From contig CAZUPO010000002.1 of the NCBI GenBank assembly GCA_964621595.1, positions 12,047 through 76,046 of the forward strand: 64,000 bases of DNA. Direction: 5' to 3'. Below, in pieces: positions 17,671 through 27,658 of this stretch. The position numbers were made by a program, and so were the translations under genes. Below the pieces are notes generated by a model. The model saw only the letters and a program-made list of their open reading frames with translations, did no database searches and had not been told where the DNA came from. Positions within the stretch are counted from its first letter, which is position 1, and every line of letters begins with the position of its first letter. The stretch is from an uncultured Candidatus Saccharibacteria bacterium (lineage in GTDB: Bacteria; Patescibacteriota; Minisyncoccia; Phycocordibacterales; UBA5272).

Positions 17671-19224
17671 ATGAGCGTTGGAACATTATCAACAGCACAT
17701 ATTGTTGGTTTAGAGGGACAAAAGGTCGACGTAGAGGTTGATGTTTCTAATGGACTCTTCCACGTTTCCATTGTTGGGTTGCCGGACAAAGCAATCGATG
17801 AGAGTCGAGACAGAATTCTCTCTGCGCTAAAAAATAGTGGACTTAAAAATCCAAAAACAGAAAATCATCGAGTAACTGTTTCTTTGTCGCCTGGACATAA
17901 CAAGAAGGAGGGGTCACATTTTGACACACCGATACTCCTTGCATACCTTGTCGCATCCAAGCAACTACACATTCCAAAAGATGTTGGGTGGTTTTTTGGC
18001 GAACTTTCTCTTACAGGTGAACTTATCCCTCTTCAAGGAACACTATCCCTTGTAGAGTGCGCGAAGAGACATGGTGCTACCGCTGTCTATGTGCCATATG
18101 CCAACAGAGAAGAGGCGGCGCTTGTCGGGGATCTTGTTGTGTACGGATGTAAGACAATAGAAGAGATTGTTTTACATCTTGGGGGGGAAACTTTTGGTAA
18201 AGGCCTTATTTCCTCAATTACCCCAACACCAAAAACTCTCATCACATACAAAGAACCGGGATCACTCATAGATTTTAAAGATATAAAAGGTCAAGCAACA
18301 GCAAAGCGTGCGCTTGAAATTGCGGCAGCTGGGGGACACAACATCGCACTCTACGGACCGCCAGGAACTGGGAAGACACTTCTTGCCAAAGCCTTCACGG
18401 GGATACTTCCACCACTTACACAAGAAGAGATACTCGAAGTAACTCGTATTCACTCTCTAGCAACAACCTCTCGTGATCTTGTGACACATCCGCCACTTCG
18501 TGCCCCACATCATACCGCTTCATATGTATCGCTTGTGGGTGGTGGAGCAAGTCCACGACCAGGGGAGATAACTCTTGCACACCGCGGGGTACTCTTTTTA
18601 GATGAGTTTCCGGAGTTTGATACAAAGGTCATCGAGTCCCTACGTGAACCACTAGAGGAGGGGAGTATCACAGTCTCTCGGGCCAAAGGAACGTTTTCTT
18701 TTCCGGCGTCGTGCACACTCTTAGCCGCAATGAACCCGTGTCCATGCGGCTACACCGGGAGTAAAGTAAAAAGGTGTGTCTGTAAACCATCAGATATCGC
18801 TCGTTACGTGAGAAAGTTGTCTGGCCCAATTGTGGATCGTATTGATATGTGGGTTCCTGTTCAACATGTAGATTATGCAACGCTTACCTTGCGTGAGGGA
18901 GCAGAACACAGTGAAATAGTTCGGGAGAGAGTTCGTCGGGCAAGAGAGTTTGCTCAAAAACGGTTTACGCAACACTCGATGTCTAGTACAAAAAATAAAG
19001 ACATTAAATCCAAAGATATTCAAACCCTTGTTCCATTAGAGAAATCTGTTGCGGCGTCTCTCGAGAGATTAAGCAAGAGTGCTTCTCTTTCACCACGCTC
19101 GTACCATCGAGTGCTGCGACTTGCAAGAACTATCGCTGACTTACGAGAAAGCGCTACTGTGGAAGAGCAGGACATCCTTGAGGCTTTCCAATACAGACCA
19201 AAACTTTATCAAGAATTACTTTAG
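17671..19224 (+). CDS. comM: ComM/YifB Mg-chelatase-like AAA+ ATPase
   Basis: IVGLPD, KEGSHFD, GPPGTGKT, PGEITLAHRGVLFLDEFPEF, AMNPCPCG, LSGPIVDRID. Confidence 0.93.
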   Translation: MSVGTLSTAHIVGLEGQKVDVEVDVSNGLFHVSIVGLPDKAIDESRDRILSALKNSGLKNPKTENHRVTVSLSPGHNKKEGSHFDTPILLAYLVASKQLHIPKDVGWFFGELSLTGELIPLQGTLSLVECAKRHGATAVYVPYANREEAALVGDLVVYGCKTIEEIVLHLGGETFGKGLISSITPTPKTLITYKEPGSLIDFKDIKGQATAKRALEIAAAGGHNIALYGPPGTGKTLLAKAFTGILPPLTQEEILEVTRIHSLATTSRDLVTHPPLRAPHHTASYVSLVGGGASPRPGEITLAHRGVLFLDEFPEFDTKVIESLREPLEEGSITVSRAKGTFSFPASCTLLAAMNPCPCGYTGSKVKRCVCKPSDIARYVRKLSGPIVDRIDMWVPVQHVDYATLTLREGAEHSEIVRERVRRAREFAQKRFTQHSMSSTKNKDIKSKDIQTLVPLEKSVAASLERLSKSASLSPRSYHRVLRLARTIADLRESATVEEQDILEAFQYRPKLYQELL

Positions 19225-20363
19225 AACGGGTTCTTTGCTCCGCGAACTTCGAAGTGAAGATGGGGGCCGGTTGATCGTCCTGTGTTACCAACCTCACCAA
19301 TAACATCGCCCTGTCCAACTTGCTGACCAGCAGAAACATATACCGCGCGTAGGTGAGCATAGACTGTTTGAACGTTGCCCTCATGAGCGATAATAATCAT
19401 GTTTCCATATCCACCGTTATATCCACTGCTTTTTGCAACGATAACAATACCGGATGCCGAGGCAAGGACTGGGGTACCAGGTGTTGCGCCTAGATCAATT
19501 CCATTGTGCCCGTGGAGACCTTGTGTTTTGCGAGCATTTACAACAGGACGTACGAAGAATCCAGAGGGCGCACTATATGCATAACTATTAAGTATCTTTG
19601 AGTGAACCTTGGAGGAGGTCTTTGGTTTTGGTTGTGCAACTGTAATTTCTCCGTCTGGTACTATCAAAATATCTCCCTGAGAAAGTTTTCCATCGACGGA
19701 GACACCGTTATATTTTGCGATATCATCAGCATCTGCTTTATATTTTTTAGCGATACCACTTACAGTCTCACCCTTTCTAACGGTATGCTTGATGCCAGTG
19801 ATAGGCAAAATAACAAGAGAGTCTCCTGGAGTGAGGGTCTGTGACTTTAGATCGTTCGCCCATATGATTGTGTTTTTAGAAACATTAAAAAGTTTGGCAA
19901 CAGTTGCAAGTGTGTCTCCCTTCTTCACCTCATACACACTAATCTCGTCCGTCTGAGGAAAGTCGACATCTTCTGTAGAGAGGCGAAGTGGCCCTGATGT
20001 TACTGTGAGAGCATCACTGTCTGTTGCATCTTGATCAATATCATCCTCGGCATCATCATCGATGACGGTTGCCTTTGGGAGGGCAATTGTCTGAGATGTT
20101 GGGGTAACCTCTTCAGCGCTTGCAACGTCTCCAAGAAAAATTGTTTTCACTTTTGTGGTGAATGACGACAAGACGCCAGCGTGCGCTCGCGAGGGTGCAG
20201 AAAAACACACAAAGGAGACAATGAGGATGCTATAGAGCGTTCGGTAGGAACGTTTGTGAGAAGATACTACGATATTGTTCGAAGTAATTAAGGGGGTGGA
20301 GCGAAACGAATCGCAAGATTTGGGTAGTTTTGTTACCAAAACAAGTGCTACCCCTACGGGCAT
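19221..20363 (-). CDS. LysM-LysM-M23 peptidase (start uncertain)
   Basis: Two LysM repeats (YEVKKGDTL, HTVRKGETV); M23 motifs HNGID, YAHL, STGPHLHFE. Confidence 0.92.
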   Translation of the reverse strand: MPVGVALVLVTKLPKSCDSFRSTPLITSNNIVVSSHKRSYRTLYSILIVSFVCFSAPSRAHAGVLSSFTTKVKTIFLGDVASAEEVTPTSQTIALPKATVIDDDAEDDIDQDATDSDALTVTSGPLRLSTEDVDFPQTDEISVYEVKKGDTLATVAKLFNVSKNTIIWANDLKSQTLTPGDSLVILPITGIKHTVRKGETVSGIAKKYKADADDIAKYNGVSVDGKLSQGDILIVPDGEITVAQPKPKTSSKVHSKILNSYAYSAPSGFFVRPVVNARKTQGLHGHNGIDLGATPGTPVLASASGIVIVAKSSGYNGGYGNMIIIAHEGNVQTVYAHLRAVYVSAGQQVGQGDVIGEVGNTGRSTGPHLHFEVRGAKNPF

Positions 20364-20475
20364 GATTATATCATGGGGGGGATATTGACTTCAAAGGAGA
20401 AATGTCGTTTTAGATGTGGAGAAGTCACTTAAAATCATTGTACTGTAAGGTATACTGCTATCAACACACTTTCTT

Positions 20476-21594
20476 ATGCGACGACAATTTACTGAAGAAA
20501 AACAAACGGCGGAACAAAACCTCGACACAAGGATTGGAACCTTTAGACCTTCTCATCAAAAACCCAAGAAACCTATTCCATTTTCTATTAAACAAATAGA
20601 GGGGAACGGCGTTGGCGCAGAAGTAAAAAAAATTTCCCACGAAGACCTATTCTCCGTCCATAAAAACAGGTTCGAGAAGGCCTTTATAGATTCTCTTGTT
20701 AAGAAAGGGTTTGCCCCAGAACAAATTATGCGTGTGTTAGAAATTTTTCAAGACCATGAAGAAGACCGTCTCCTGGTGGCGAAAGAGAAAAATCCTGTTA
20801 TGTTTGCAGAATTTGAATACAGACGACTTGGTATTTCTGTTCCGGCCGCACCAATTCTTCGAACTAAACATACCACGAAGCGCATCACTCTCCCGTCCAT
20901 CATCAACCTTATACCAGAAGACGTTATAAAGGAGGTGCGTGAAAAAATTACCCTCAATGACATCCGAACAGGGCGATACAAGAAATCTGTCTCGAAAAAA
21001 ACGCTTCATGAAGATACCCTGCGGCAAGAAATTGACTCTCCGGCTGTTCAACAAGAGAATGCTCGCGAATCCGGGACTGTCTCTCGATTAAAAGAAATCG
21101 AGCCGCTATACGCACGACTAGAAGAACTCTACGGTGATTCAATACTTAAATATGCTGGACCAATTTCTACCTCCGTACAAGAGCCGCGAAAAGTCTCTCC
21201 TGTGCACGAAGAAAAGAAACGTTCTCAATCAAACTGGAGAACAGCCCTACAACACAGTACGGATGAGCACACCACAGATCTCTTGAAGGCACTTGAGACG
21301 ACTGGAAATGAAGATACGTTCTTTGCAAACTTTGCTTCTTTGTATGTGGCAAATAATCCCTCCGCACTAGAAAATGTAAAAGGCTGGAAAGCATACGACG
21401 TTCTCTATCTCGAAACATTTTCTCCACTGGACACTCACGAGAAGCGTCTAGAGGTGAGCAAGATGATTTCCGCAATGGAAACTATTGCGAAGTTGATAAA
21501 CCCATCATTTTCTATTACCAAAGATATGCGCGTCAGGGAGTTATATGACGCACTTCGTGGGCTTATTATAGAAGCAGATAGATTGCTCGCATAA
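20476..21594 (+). CDS. Hypothetical protein
   Basis: 372-aa ORF filling the intergenic space; no recognised motif. Confidence 0.7.
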   Translation: MRRQFTEEKQTAEQNLDTRIGTFRPSHQKPKKPIPFSIKQIEGNGVGAEVKKISHEDLFSVHKNRFEKAFIDSLVKKGFAPEQIMRVLEIFQDHEEDRLLVAKEKNPVMFAEFEYRRLGISVPAAPILRTKHTTKRITLPSIINLIPEDVIKEVREKITLNDIRTGRYKKSVSKKTLHEDTLRQEIDSPAVQQENARESGTVSRLKEIEPLYARLEELYGDSILKYAGPISTSVQEPRKVSPVHEEKKRSQSNWRTALQHSTDEHTTDLLKALETTGNEDTFFANFASLYVANNPSALENVKGWKAYDVLYLETFSPLDTHEKRLEVSKMISAMETIAKLINPSFSITKDMRVRELYDALRGLIIEADRLLA

Positions 21595-21599
21595 ATTCC

Positions 21600-21887
21600 A
21601 TGAATTTTTCGATTCTTTTTCAACAACTACCTCAAGATTTTAACTTATCAGTACTAAACGAGGAGGATCGACCTGAGGTTCTTTTGGAGATTGTAAAAAC
21701 TATTCAGAAACAATTTCTTTCTGACATATACGACATTGTGGGGAAAGAAAAGTTTGATGCGCTCGTAGCATCAAGTGCCATGGGGGAGGAATTTTACGCA
21801 ACGACACTTAAACACCTGGTGCCAAGTTATGAAGAAGTATTTGTGCTTTCTAGGATGAAAATAGTCGACGCTTTTCACAAAAAATAA
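21600..21887 (+). CDS. Small helical hypothetical protein (resembles DUF5663-type CPR proteins)
   Basis: 95-aa ORF in operon-like spacing; family resemblance from memory only. Confidence 0.55.
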   Translation: MNFSILFQQLPQDFNLSVLNEEDRPEVLLEIVKTIQKQFLSDIYDIVGKEKFDALVASSAMGEEFYATTLKHLVPSYEEVFVLSRMKIVDAFHKK

Positions 21888-21918
21888 TCTCTGCTCTGTG
21901 TGATACAATAAGAGTCCT

Positions 21919-23856
21919 GTGACAACACACATTACTCTCAACAAGGCACAACTTGAAGCCGTCACACACTCGGAAGGCCCACTTCTTATTATCGCTGGTG
22001 CTGGTGCTGGAAAAACAAAAACAATAACTGAGCGCATTGTTCGCATTGTAAAAGAGGGGGCAGACCCTCGATCCATTCTCGCGGTAACATTTACCAACAA
22101 GGCTGCCAAAGAAATGCGTGAGCGTATTGTGTCACGACTCATTGAAGAGGGGTGTATCGAGAGAGATAATCCGTATCATCACACCCCTATTATCAAAACC
22201 TTCCACTCTCTTGGCCTTATGATACTGCGTCGAGACGGGCATCTGCTTGGTCTTCCTAAAACGATGACGATCGTGGACTCCGCTGATTCTCTCTCTATCA
22301 TTAAACGCTCGCTGGAGTCTCTTGGTATAGATCCCAAAACACACGATCCGACAAAAATTCGAGTCATTATAAGTAGAGAAAAAGGTAACTTCACCACGCT
22401 CACTGACTATCAAAAAAAAGTTGCGACCACTCAGATGGATGTGGTTGCTCGTGTCTGGAAACTGTACGAGGAAAATCTCCGAAGAGAGGGGTCGGTTGAC
22501 TTCGATGACTTGGTTGTTCTTGCAGTAAAACTTTTAGAAGAACATTCTAGTGTTCGGGAACACTATGTGCGTACTTTTACATACGTTCACGTGGATGAAT
22601 ACCAGGACACCAACGAGGCACAGTACGTATTTGTTAAGTTACTTGTAAACCCAGCAACAAATAATATTTGTGTGGTGGGGGACGGCGACCAGACAATTTA
22701 CACCTGGCGCGGTGCAAATATTAATAACATTCTCAATTTTGAAAAAGATTTCGAAAATGCTCGCGTTGTTCTTCTCGAGGAAAACTATCGCTCTACAGAA
22801 TCAATACTCCGCCTGGCAAATGCTGTTATTACGAAAAACACCGTGCGTAAAGACAAGCGACTTTTTACCTCACATCAAGGGGGTGACCCAATCACTGTAC
22901 TGCCTTCCTGGGATGAGACGTCAGAAGCGGAAAATATTGCCGTGCGTTGCAAAGAACTGATCGCTGGGGGAACAGACCCTCAATCTATTGCTGTTTTGTA
23001 TCGGGCAAACTTTCAGTCTCGTGTTTTGGAAGAATCTTTTATACAGCAATCTGTGCCCTATGTACTTTTGGGAACAAAGTTTTTTGAGCGAAGGGAGGTT
23101 AAGGATGTTCTTAGTTATTTGCGCGCTGCGAGGAACCGCACATCCCTTACAGATCTGCGTCGGGTACTAGAAACACCTAAGCGTGGTATCGGCAAGGTAA
23201 CAATTGCAAAACTTTTTGCAGGAGAGGAACTCTCTGCTGCCGCTCAACAAAAAATTGCCGGTGTTTTTTCTTTCCTGGATACACTGCAACAACTTTTAGA
23301 AACAGAGTCACTGTCGTTCGTGTTGCAAAAAATAATTGTGGACTCCGGTATAGAGAAGGAACTTCTCGAGGGTAGTAGTGAAGATCGAGAGAGACTAGAA
23401 AACGCTCGCGAACTTGTGTCGCTCACCGTGCGTTATGATGGCACCCCAGGGAAAGACATTGTTGATACATTTCTTGAAGAGGTGTCTCTGCAGAGTGATC
23501 AGGATGATAACGACGAGGCTCGGGGTGGGGTGCGCCTCATGACGGTGCATGCAAGTAAGGGCTTGGAATTTGATGTTGTTTTCATTGCTGGACTTGAACA
23601 AGATCTTTTCCCACACAAAAACATAGGCGGAAGAAAACAAACAAAGGAGGAAGAGGAGGAGGAGCGCAGACTTTTCTATGTGGCTGTAACCCGCGCACGA
23701 AAAAAATTATATGTATCCTACGCAGAACTTCGAACGATTTTTGGACAAAAGCAAATAAATGCACCAAGCGAATTTCTTGAAGATATTCCTTCTGATATTA
23801 ATGATGAGGCGGAACTCTACTACAAGCAAGGTGGAGGTACTGTCGTCTACATTTAG
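21919..23856 (+). CDS. pcrA: ATP-dependent DNA helicase PcrA/UvrD
   Basis: AGAGAGKT, TFTNKAAKEM, VDEYQDTN, VGDGDQTIY, ENYRS, HASKGLEF, EERRLFYVAVTRA. Confidence 0.95.
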   Translation: MTTHITLNKAQLEAVTHSEGPLLIIAGAGAGKTKTITERIVRIVKEGADPRSILAVTFTNKAAKEMRERIVSRLIEEGCIERDNPYHHTPIIKTFHSLGLMILRRDGHLLGLPKTMTIVDSADSLSIIKRSLESLGIDPKTHDPTKIRVIISREKGNFTTLTDYQKKVATTQMDVVARVWKLYEENLRREGSVDFDDLVVLAVKLLEEHSSVREHYVRTFTYVHVDEYQDTNEAQYVFVKLLVNPATNNICVVGDGDQTIYTWRGANINNILNFEKDFENARVVLLEENYRSTESILRLANAVITKNTVRKDKRLFTSHQGGDPITVLPSWDETSEAENIAVRCKELIAGGTDPQSIAVLYRANFQSRVLEESFIQQSVPYVLLGTKFFERREVKDVLSYLRAARNRTSLTDLRRVLETPKRGIGKVTIAKLFAGEELSAAAQQKIAGVFSFLDTLQQLLETESLSFVLQKIIVDSGIEKELLEGSSEDRERLENARELVSLTVRYDGTPGKDIVDTFLEEVSLQSDQDDNDEARGGVRLMTVHASKGLEFDVVFIAGLEQDLFPHKNIGGRKQTKEEEEEERRLFYVAVTRARKKLYVSYAELRTIFGQKQINAPSEFLEDIPSDINDEAELYYKQGGGTVVYI

Positions 23857-23888
23857 AATTCCTTCATAATCATGGTAGATTTGGTGAT

Positions 23889-24698
23889 ATGAAAGCCAAG
23901 AAGCAATTTGGGCAGAATTTTTTAACTTCCGTTCCGGCACGAATAAAAATTGTTCAGGCGGGCAATATAACCCCAGGTGAATGGGTAGTAGAGGTGGGGC
24001 CAGGAACCGGATTCCTGACGGAAGAATTACTGCGCGCTGGCGCACGTGTTCTTGCTCTAGAAAAAGATAGGGATCTTCTGCCTCTTCTTCGTGAAAAGTT
24101 TTCGCACGCAATTGAAAATGGACACCTTGTTCTACAAGAACAGGACGTCTTGTCATTTATGCCAGAAGATATGCCTGTGCTCGGAGAGGGGTACAAAGTT
24201 ATCGCCAACATTCCATATTACATAACCGGGGCCATCTTTAGACACTTCCTTGCGCGCCCCCACAAACCAACCACCATGGTTGTTCTTATCCAAAAAGAAG
24301 TCGCTGAGAGGATTGTGGCTCGGGATGGTAAAGAGTCTATTCTATCCTTGTCAGTATCAGTATATGGAAAACCTCGCATTGTTACGCGGGTAGATAAGGG
24401 GAGTTTTAACCCTCGCCCAAATGTCGATAGTGCCGTACTCGCCATAGACTCTATTTCTCAGATTTTTTTTAAAAACCCATACGAAGAGGAGATGTTTTTC
24501 AAGATGGTGCACGCTGGGTTTCTTCATAAAAGAAAACTTTTGGTTTCCAACCTACAACACATATTTCCTTCACTTCCTATGCGCAAACTTTTTGAAGAGT
24601 CTTCTGTAGATGTCTCTATTCGGGCGGAAAAACTTTTGTGTGATGATTGGATTCGTTTAGTACGAACCATACTCTTGGCAACCAAAACTGGACACTAG
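23889..24698 (+). CDS. rsmA: 16S rRNA dimethyladenosine transferase
   Basis: GQNFL, EVGPGTG, ANIPYYIT, QKEVAERI, PRPNVDS. Confidence 0.95.
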   Translation: MKAKKQFGQNFLTSVPARIKIVQAGNITPGEWVVEVGPGTGFLTEELLRAGARVLALEKDRDLLPLLREKFSHAIENGHLVLQEQDVLSFMPEDMPVLGEGYKVIANIPYYITGAIFRHFLARPHKPTTMVVLIQKEVAERIVARDGKESILSLSVSVYGKPRIVTRVDKGSFNPRPNVDSAVLAIDSISQIFFKNPYEEEMFFKMVHAGFLHKRKLLVSNLQHIFPSLPMRKLFEESSVDVSIRAEKLLCDDWIRLVRTILLATKTGH

Positions 24699-24755
24699 TG
24701 GTTATCCTCAGGTTTGTACCTCTCGCTTGGGTGCTAGTGGGCTATACTTTGTACT

Positions 24756-25691
24756 ATGGACAAAGAAAGCACCTTACAGTCAAGAACCCTGGGCGCACTT
24801 GGGTTGTTTATTCTCTTACTTATTCTCTCAGCAGCAATTCCTTCATCGTGGTTTACAAAAAAAACACCCTCTAAACACAGCCCCATAAACCTACGGGCCA
24901 TTATCGAGGCGAGTAAATCGGCGCATGATACAAACCATGACGGGGCTGTTACTTGGCAAGAACTCATAGAACAAAGTTTTGATGATGCAACGTCAAGCAT
25001 TGCACAGTTAAAGAAAGACTTTCCGCCCGATCCAAAAGTTCTCGAGGAATTAAATGACCCCAACAACCTCACGAGTTCTCTCACAAAAAAACTCTTTGTT
25101 GCGAGCAGTTTGATGGAGGGGAATGAGTCTACAGACGAAGCAGCAAAAAATCGTTTACTGTCTCGAATGATACAAGAAGAGGCAACCAAAATTGCCCAGA
25201 CAAAATATGCTGTTGAAGACATTACTCTAACCAAAGGAGATAGTAAAGGTGATCTAAAAACATATGGTAATGCCGTCGCCCCAATTATAAAAAACCTTAT
25301 AAACACTACAATTATTACTAATGATTTAGCGGCAATTAACTCCTTCACCCAAACCAGAAATCCTTCCGATCTTGCTGAAATAAAGAAGAACAATGATCGT
25401 GTTGGTCCTCTTATAACCAAACTTCTTGCAACACCGGTGCCCCCATCTCTTGCCCTGCAACACTTAGTTATCATAAACCGCCTCGCTTCTTACAAAGACA
25501 TTCTGAATGCCTTGGCCGGAGCAGGCAGCGACCCCCTACGCGCCAGCCTTGTGATGGGAAATTATACAGATGCTGTAGTGTCTGTTGGGACCGTTCCGGC
25601 TCAACTAAAAAACTTGTTTGATTCCAAAAATGTCGTTTTCTCCTCAAATGAACCTGGATATATATTTACAAGTGGGTATACTTATAAATAA
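24756..25691 (+). CDS. Membrane-anchored hypothetical protein, first gene of the secretion-like cluster
   Basis: N-terminal TM; DTNHDG EF-hand-like loop; helical body. Confidence 0.7.
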   Translation: MDKESTLQSRTLGALGLFILLLILSAAIPSSWFTKKTPSKHSPINLRAIIEASKSAHDTNHDGAVTWQELIEQSFDDATSSIAQLKKDFPPDPKVLEELNDPNNLTSSLTKKLFVASSLMEGNESTDEAAKNRLLSRMIQEEATKIAQTKYAVEDITLTKGDSKGDLKTYGNAVAPIIKNLINTTIITNDLAAINSFTQTRNPSDLAEIKKNNDRVGPLITKLLATPVPPSLALQHLVIINRLASYKDILNALAGAGSDPLRASLVMGNYTDAVVSVGTVPAQLKNLFDSKNVVFSSNEPGYIFTSGYTYK

Positions 25692-25697
25692 TCTTGT

Positions 25698-27605
25698 ATG
25701 AAAAAACATTTTGTTCTTATACTCATGCTCGTTGCTGTTGTGTGTGCGCCTACACGCAGCTATGCTCTGGTGGTAGAGTGTCCGCTTTGTTCTAAATATG
25801 CAAAGCAGGTGGAGGAGTGGTTCACAGAAAAAGCATCTCTTGTAAAAGAAACTATTAGTTCAAATCAGAACACGATCACCGCGACACAACAAACCCTCGC
25901 CACAGTAAACTCAAACGTTATTCGACCGATGAACGATGCCATGAACCTCGTGGCACTTGCTAACACTCTTACTAAAAATGCCAACCTTGTAACACAGCAA
26001 GGTCTTCTAAAACAAGACCCTGAGCAGTATTTAAAAACCGTCGGTACTCAGGTCGTTATGGCTAACCTTGCAAACATCCAATCAAGCGGAGGTATATACG
26101 GGAGTGATGTTTACAAATCTGTTGTCGCGAGAACGCGAGAGACCAGTAATCCGATGACAAACCTAAACCGACTTACTCAATCAAGCATTCCCAGCCAAAT
26201 ACAAGATGAGGTATGTGATACTGGAGAACTAGAAGAATATGCAAAAGAAGAGGCAACGGATGAAGATGGAAATATAAATGACGAGGACTACGAATACTAC
26301 AAAGAACTATACTACGATAGTTTTTGCACCGGGGAGCCGAGCCAAGATAAAGAACTAGCACAGCGATTAACTGCTGTGGATGGTGCCAGGGGTGGAAATG
26401 ATCTTAACCGAATACTTTCCAAAACAGATTGTGATAACACCTACTGTCGAACGGAGCGTGCGTCTAACGAAATAGAAAAAATTAAATCTCAAAAAATCGC
26501 AACTGCCCAGAAGGAACTCGATTACGGGCAGGGTATAGCGGGTCCCAAAATATGTACTCAACGAAGTGAGCCGGACACTAATGGAGAAACATACTGCTTA
26601 AAGGAGGTTAGTATCACGCGAGCGTCCGATTTAAGTGCTGCTTTCCAGAAAAACACTACTGCGGAGATTGACAGACTGATTGCCACCTACGGAACTGGTG
26701 GTACACCGAGTTTTCTAAGCGGTGTATTTGATTTGGCAAAGGGAGTATTTGGTATCGCGGCTACAGGGTACGGCATATATCAAAATGGTAGCGCTTCACT
26801 CAATAAACTCGAGGGTGCGGCGGACAACCTTGGCAACAACCTGGACTCGTTCGCTGGTGGAAGTGATGCAAAGATTGGATCCTCTGGTGTTCAGGTTGCA
26901 AGCAATGGAAGTCTCTCTGGGCTTCTTTCTTCTGGAACATCCGGGCGGACTGCTTCCTACCAAAAAGACCTAACTGCCGGGAGTAAGGCACAGACATCTA
27001 TGTACAGTTCTGTCGTTGATCAGATGCGAACACATTTGGACAGTTTGACCCAACTTGAGAGTTTAGATAATGATTACTTGAGTAAAATATCGAGCAACCA
27101 AAGTTCACTTGAAAGTATGAAAGCATGTTACGAGGCGCTCACACGTGACTACGGTGCGTCACGAATTATTTATCTAGAGGGAGGAGGTACCACAACCGTT
27201 CCAGGACTCTTTCCTTCGAACGACCCGCGCCTAACTTCTGCGCTTGACTACTATAACCGCCAAACAAATAAAAACAATTCTTTGCAGAATACGGTGAATG
27301 CAGAAATTTCCACTACGATACCCCAAGCTAGAGCATTCATACAACAAACCAAGGACGCGGTGGCAAACTCCCTCTCTTCGGAAGAAATCTACGATCTCTT
27401 TAACTCATACCAGACCGCGATTTCAAGCAAACAATTACCGGTCCTAACAGCAAGCTCTCAGCGAGAAGCCGAAGTAATGGGCTACGATAGCGATACACAG
27501 ATGGCGCGTGAGGAGGGTGGTATAATCTTCGAATTCCAAAAAACTTGCTCTACGACTCGCGATGACATCATACGTCAAATGTCACAAAGCCAAACTTCAT
27601 TCTAG
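25698..27605 (+). CDS. Large exported protein of the T4SS-like cluster
   Basis: Signal peptide, paired Cys, helical segments, Gly/Ser-rich linker. Confidence 0.7.
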   Translation: MKKHFVLILMLVAVVCAPTRSYALVVECPLCSKYAKQVEEWFTEKASLVKETISSNQNTITATQQTLATVNSNVIRPMNDAMNLVALANTLTKNANLVTQQGLLKQDPEQYLKTVGTQVVMANLANIQSSGGIYGSDVYKSVVARTRETSNPMTNLNRLTQSSIPSQIQDEVCDTGELEEYAKEEATDEDGNINDEDYEYYKELYYDSFCTGEPSQDKELAQRLTAVDGARGGNDLNRILSKTDCDNTYCRTERASNEIEKIKSQKIATAQKELDYGQGIAGPKICTQRSEPDTNGETYCLKEVSITRASDLSAAFQKNTTAEIDRLIATYGTGGTPSFLSGVFDLAKGVFGIAATGYGIYQNGSASLNKLEGAADNLGNNLDSFAGGSDAKIGSSGVQVASNGSLSGLLSSGTSGRTASYQKDLTAGSKAQTSMYSSVVDQMRTHLDSLTQLESLDNDYLSKISSNQSSLESMKACYEALTRDYGASRIIYLEGGGTTTVPGLFPSNDPRLTSALDYYNRQTNKNNSLQNTVNAEISTTIPQARAFIQQTKDAVANSLSSEEIYDLFNSYQTAISSKQLPVLTASSQREAEVMGYDSDTQMAREEGGIIFEFQKTCSTTRDDIIRQMSQSQTSF

Positions 27606-27658
27606 ATTCTAGTGGATTTTAAACAGTCTTTTGTTTCCTTTGTGGTACACTACGTGAT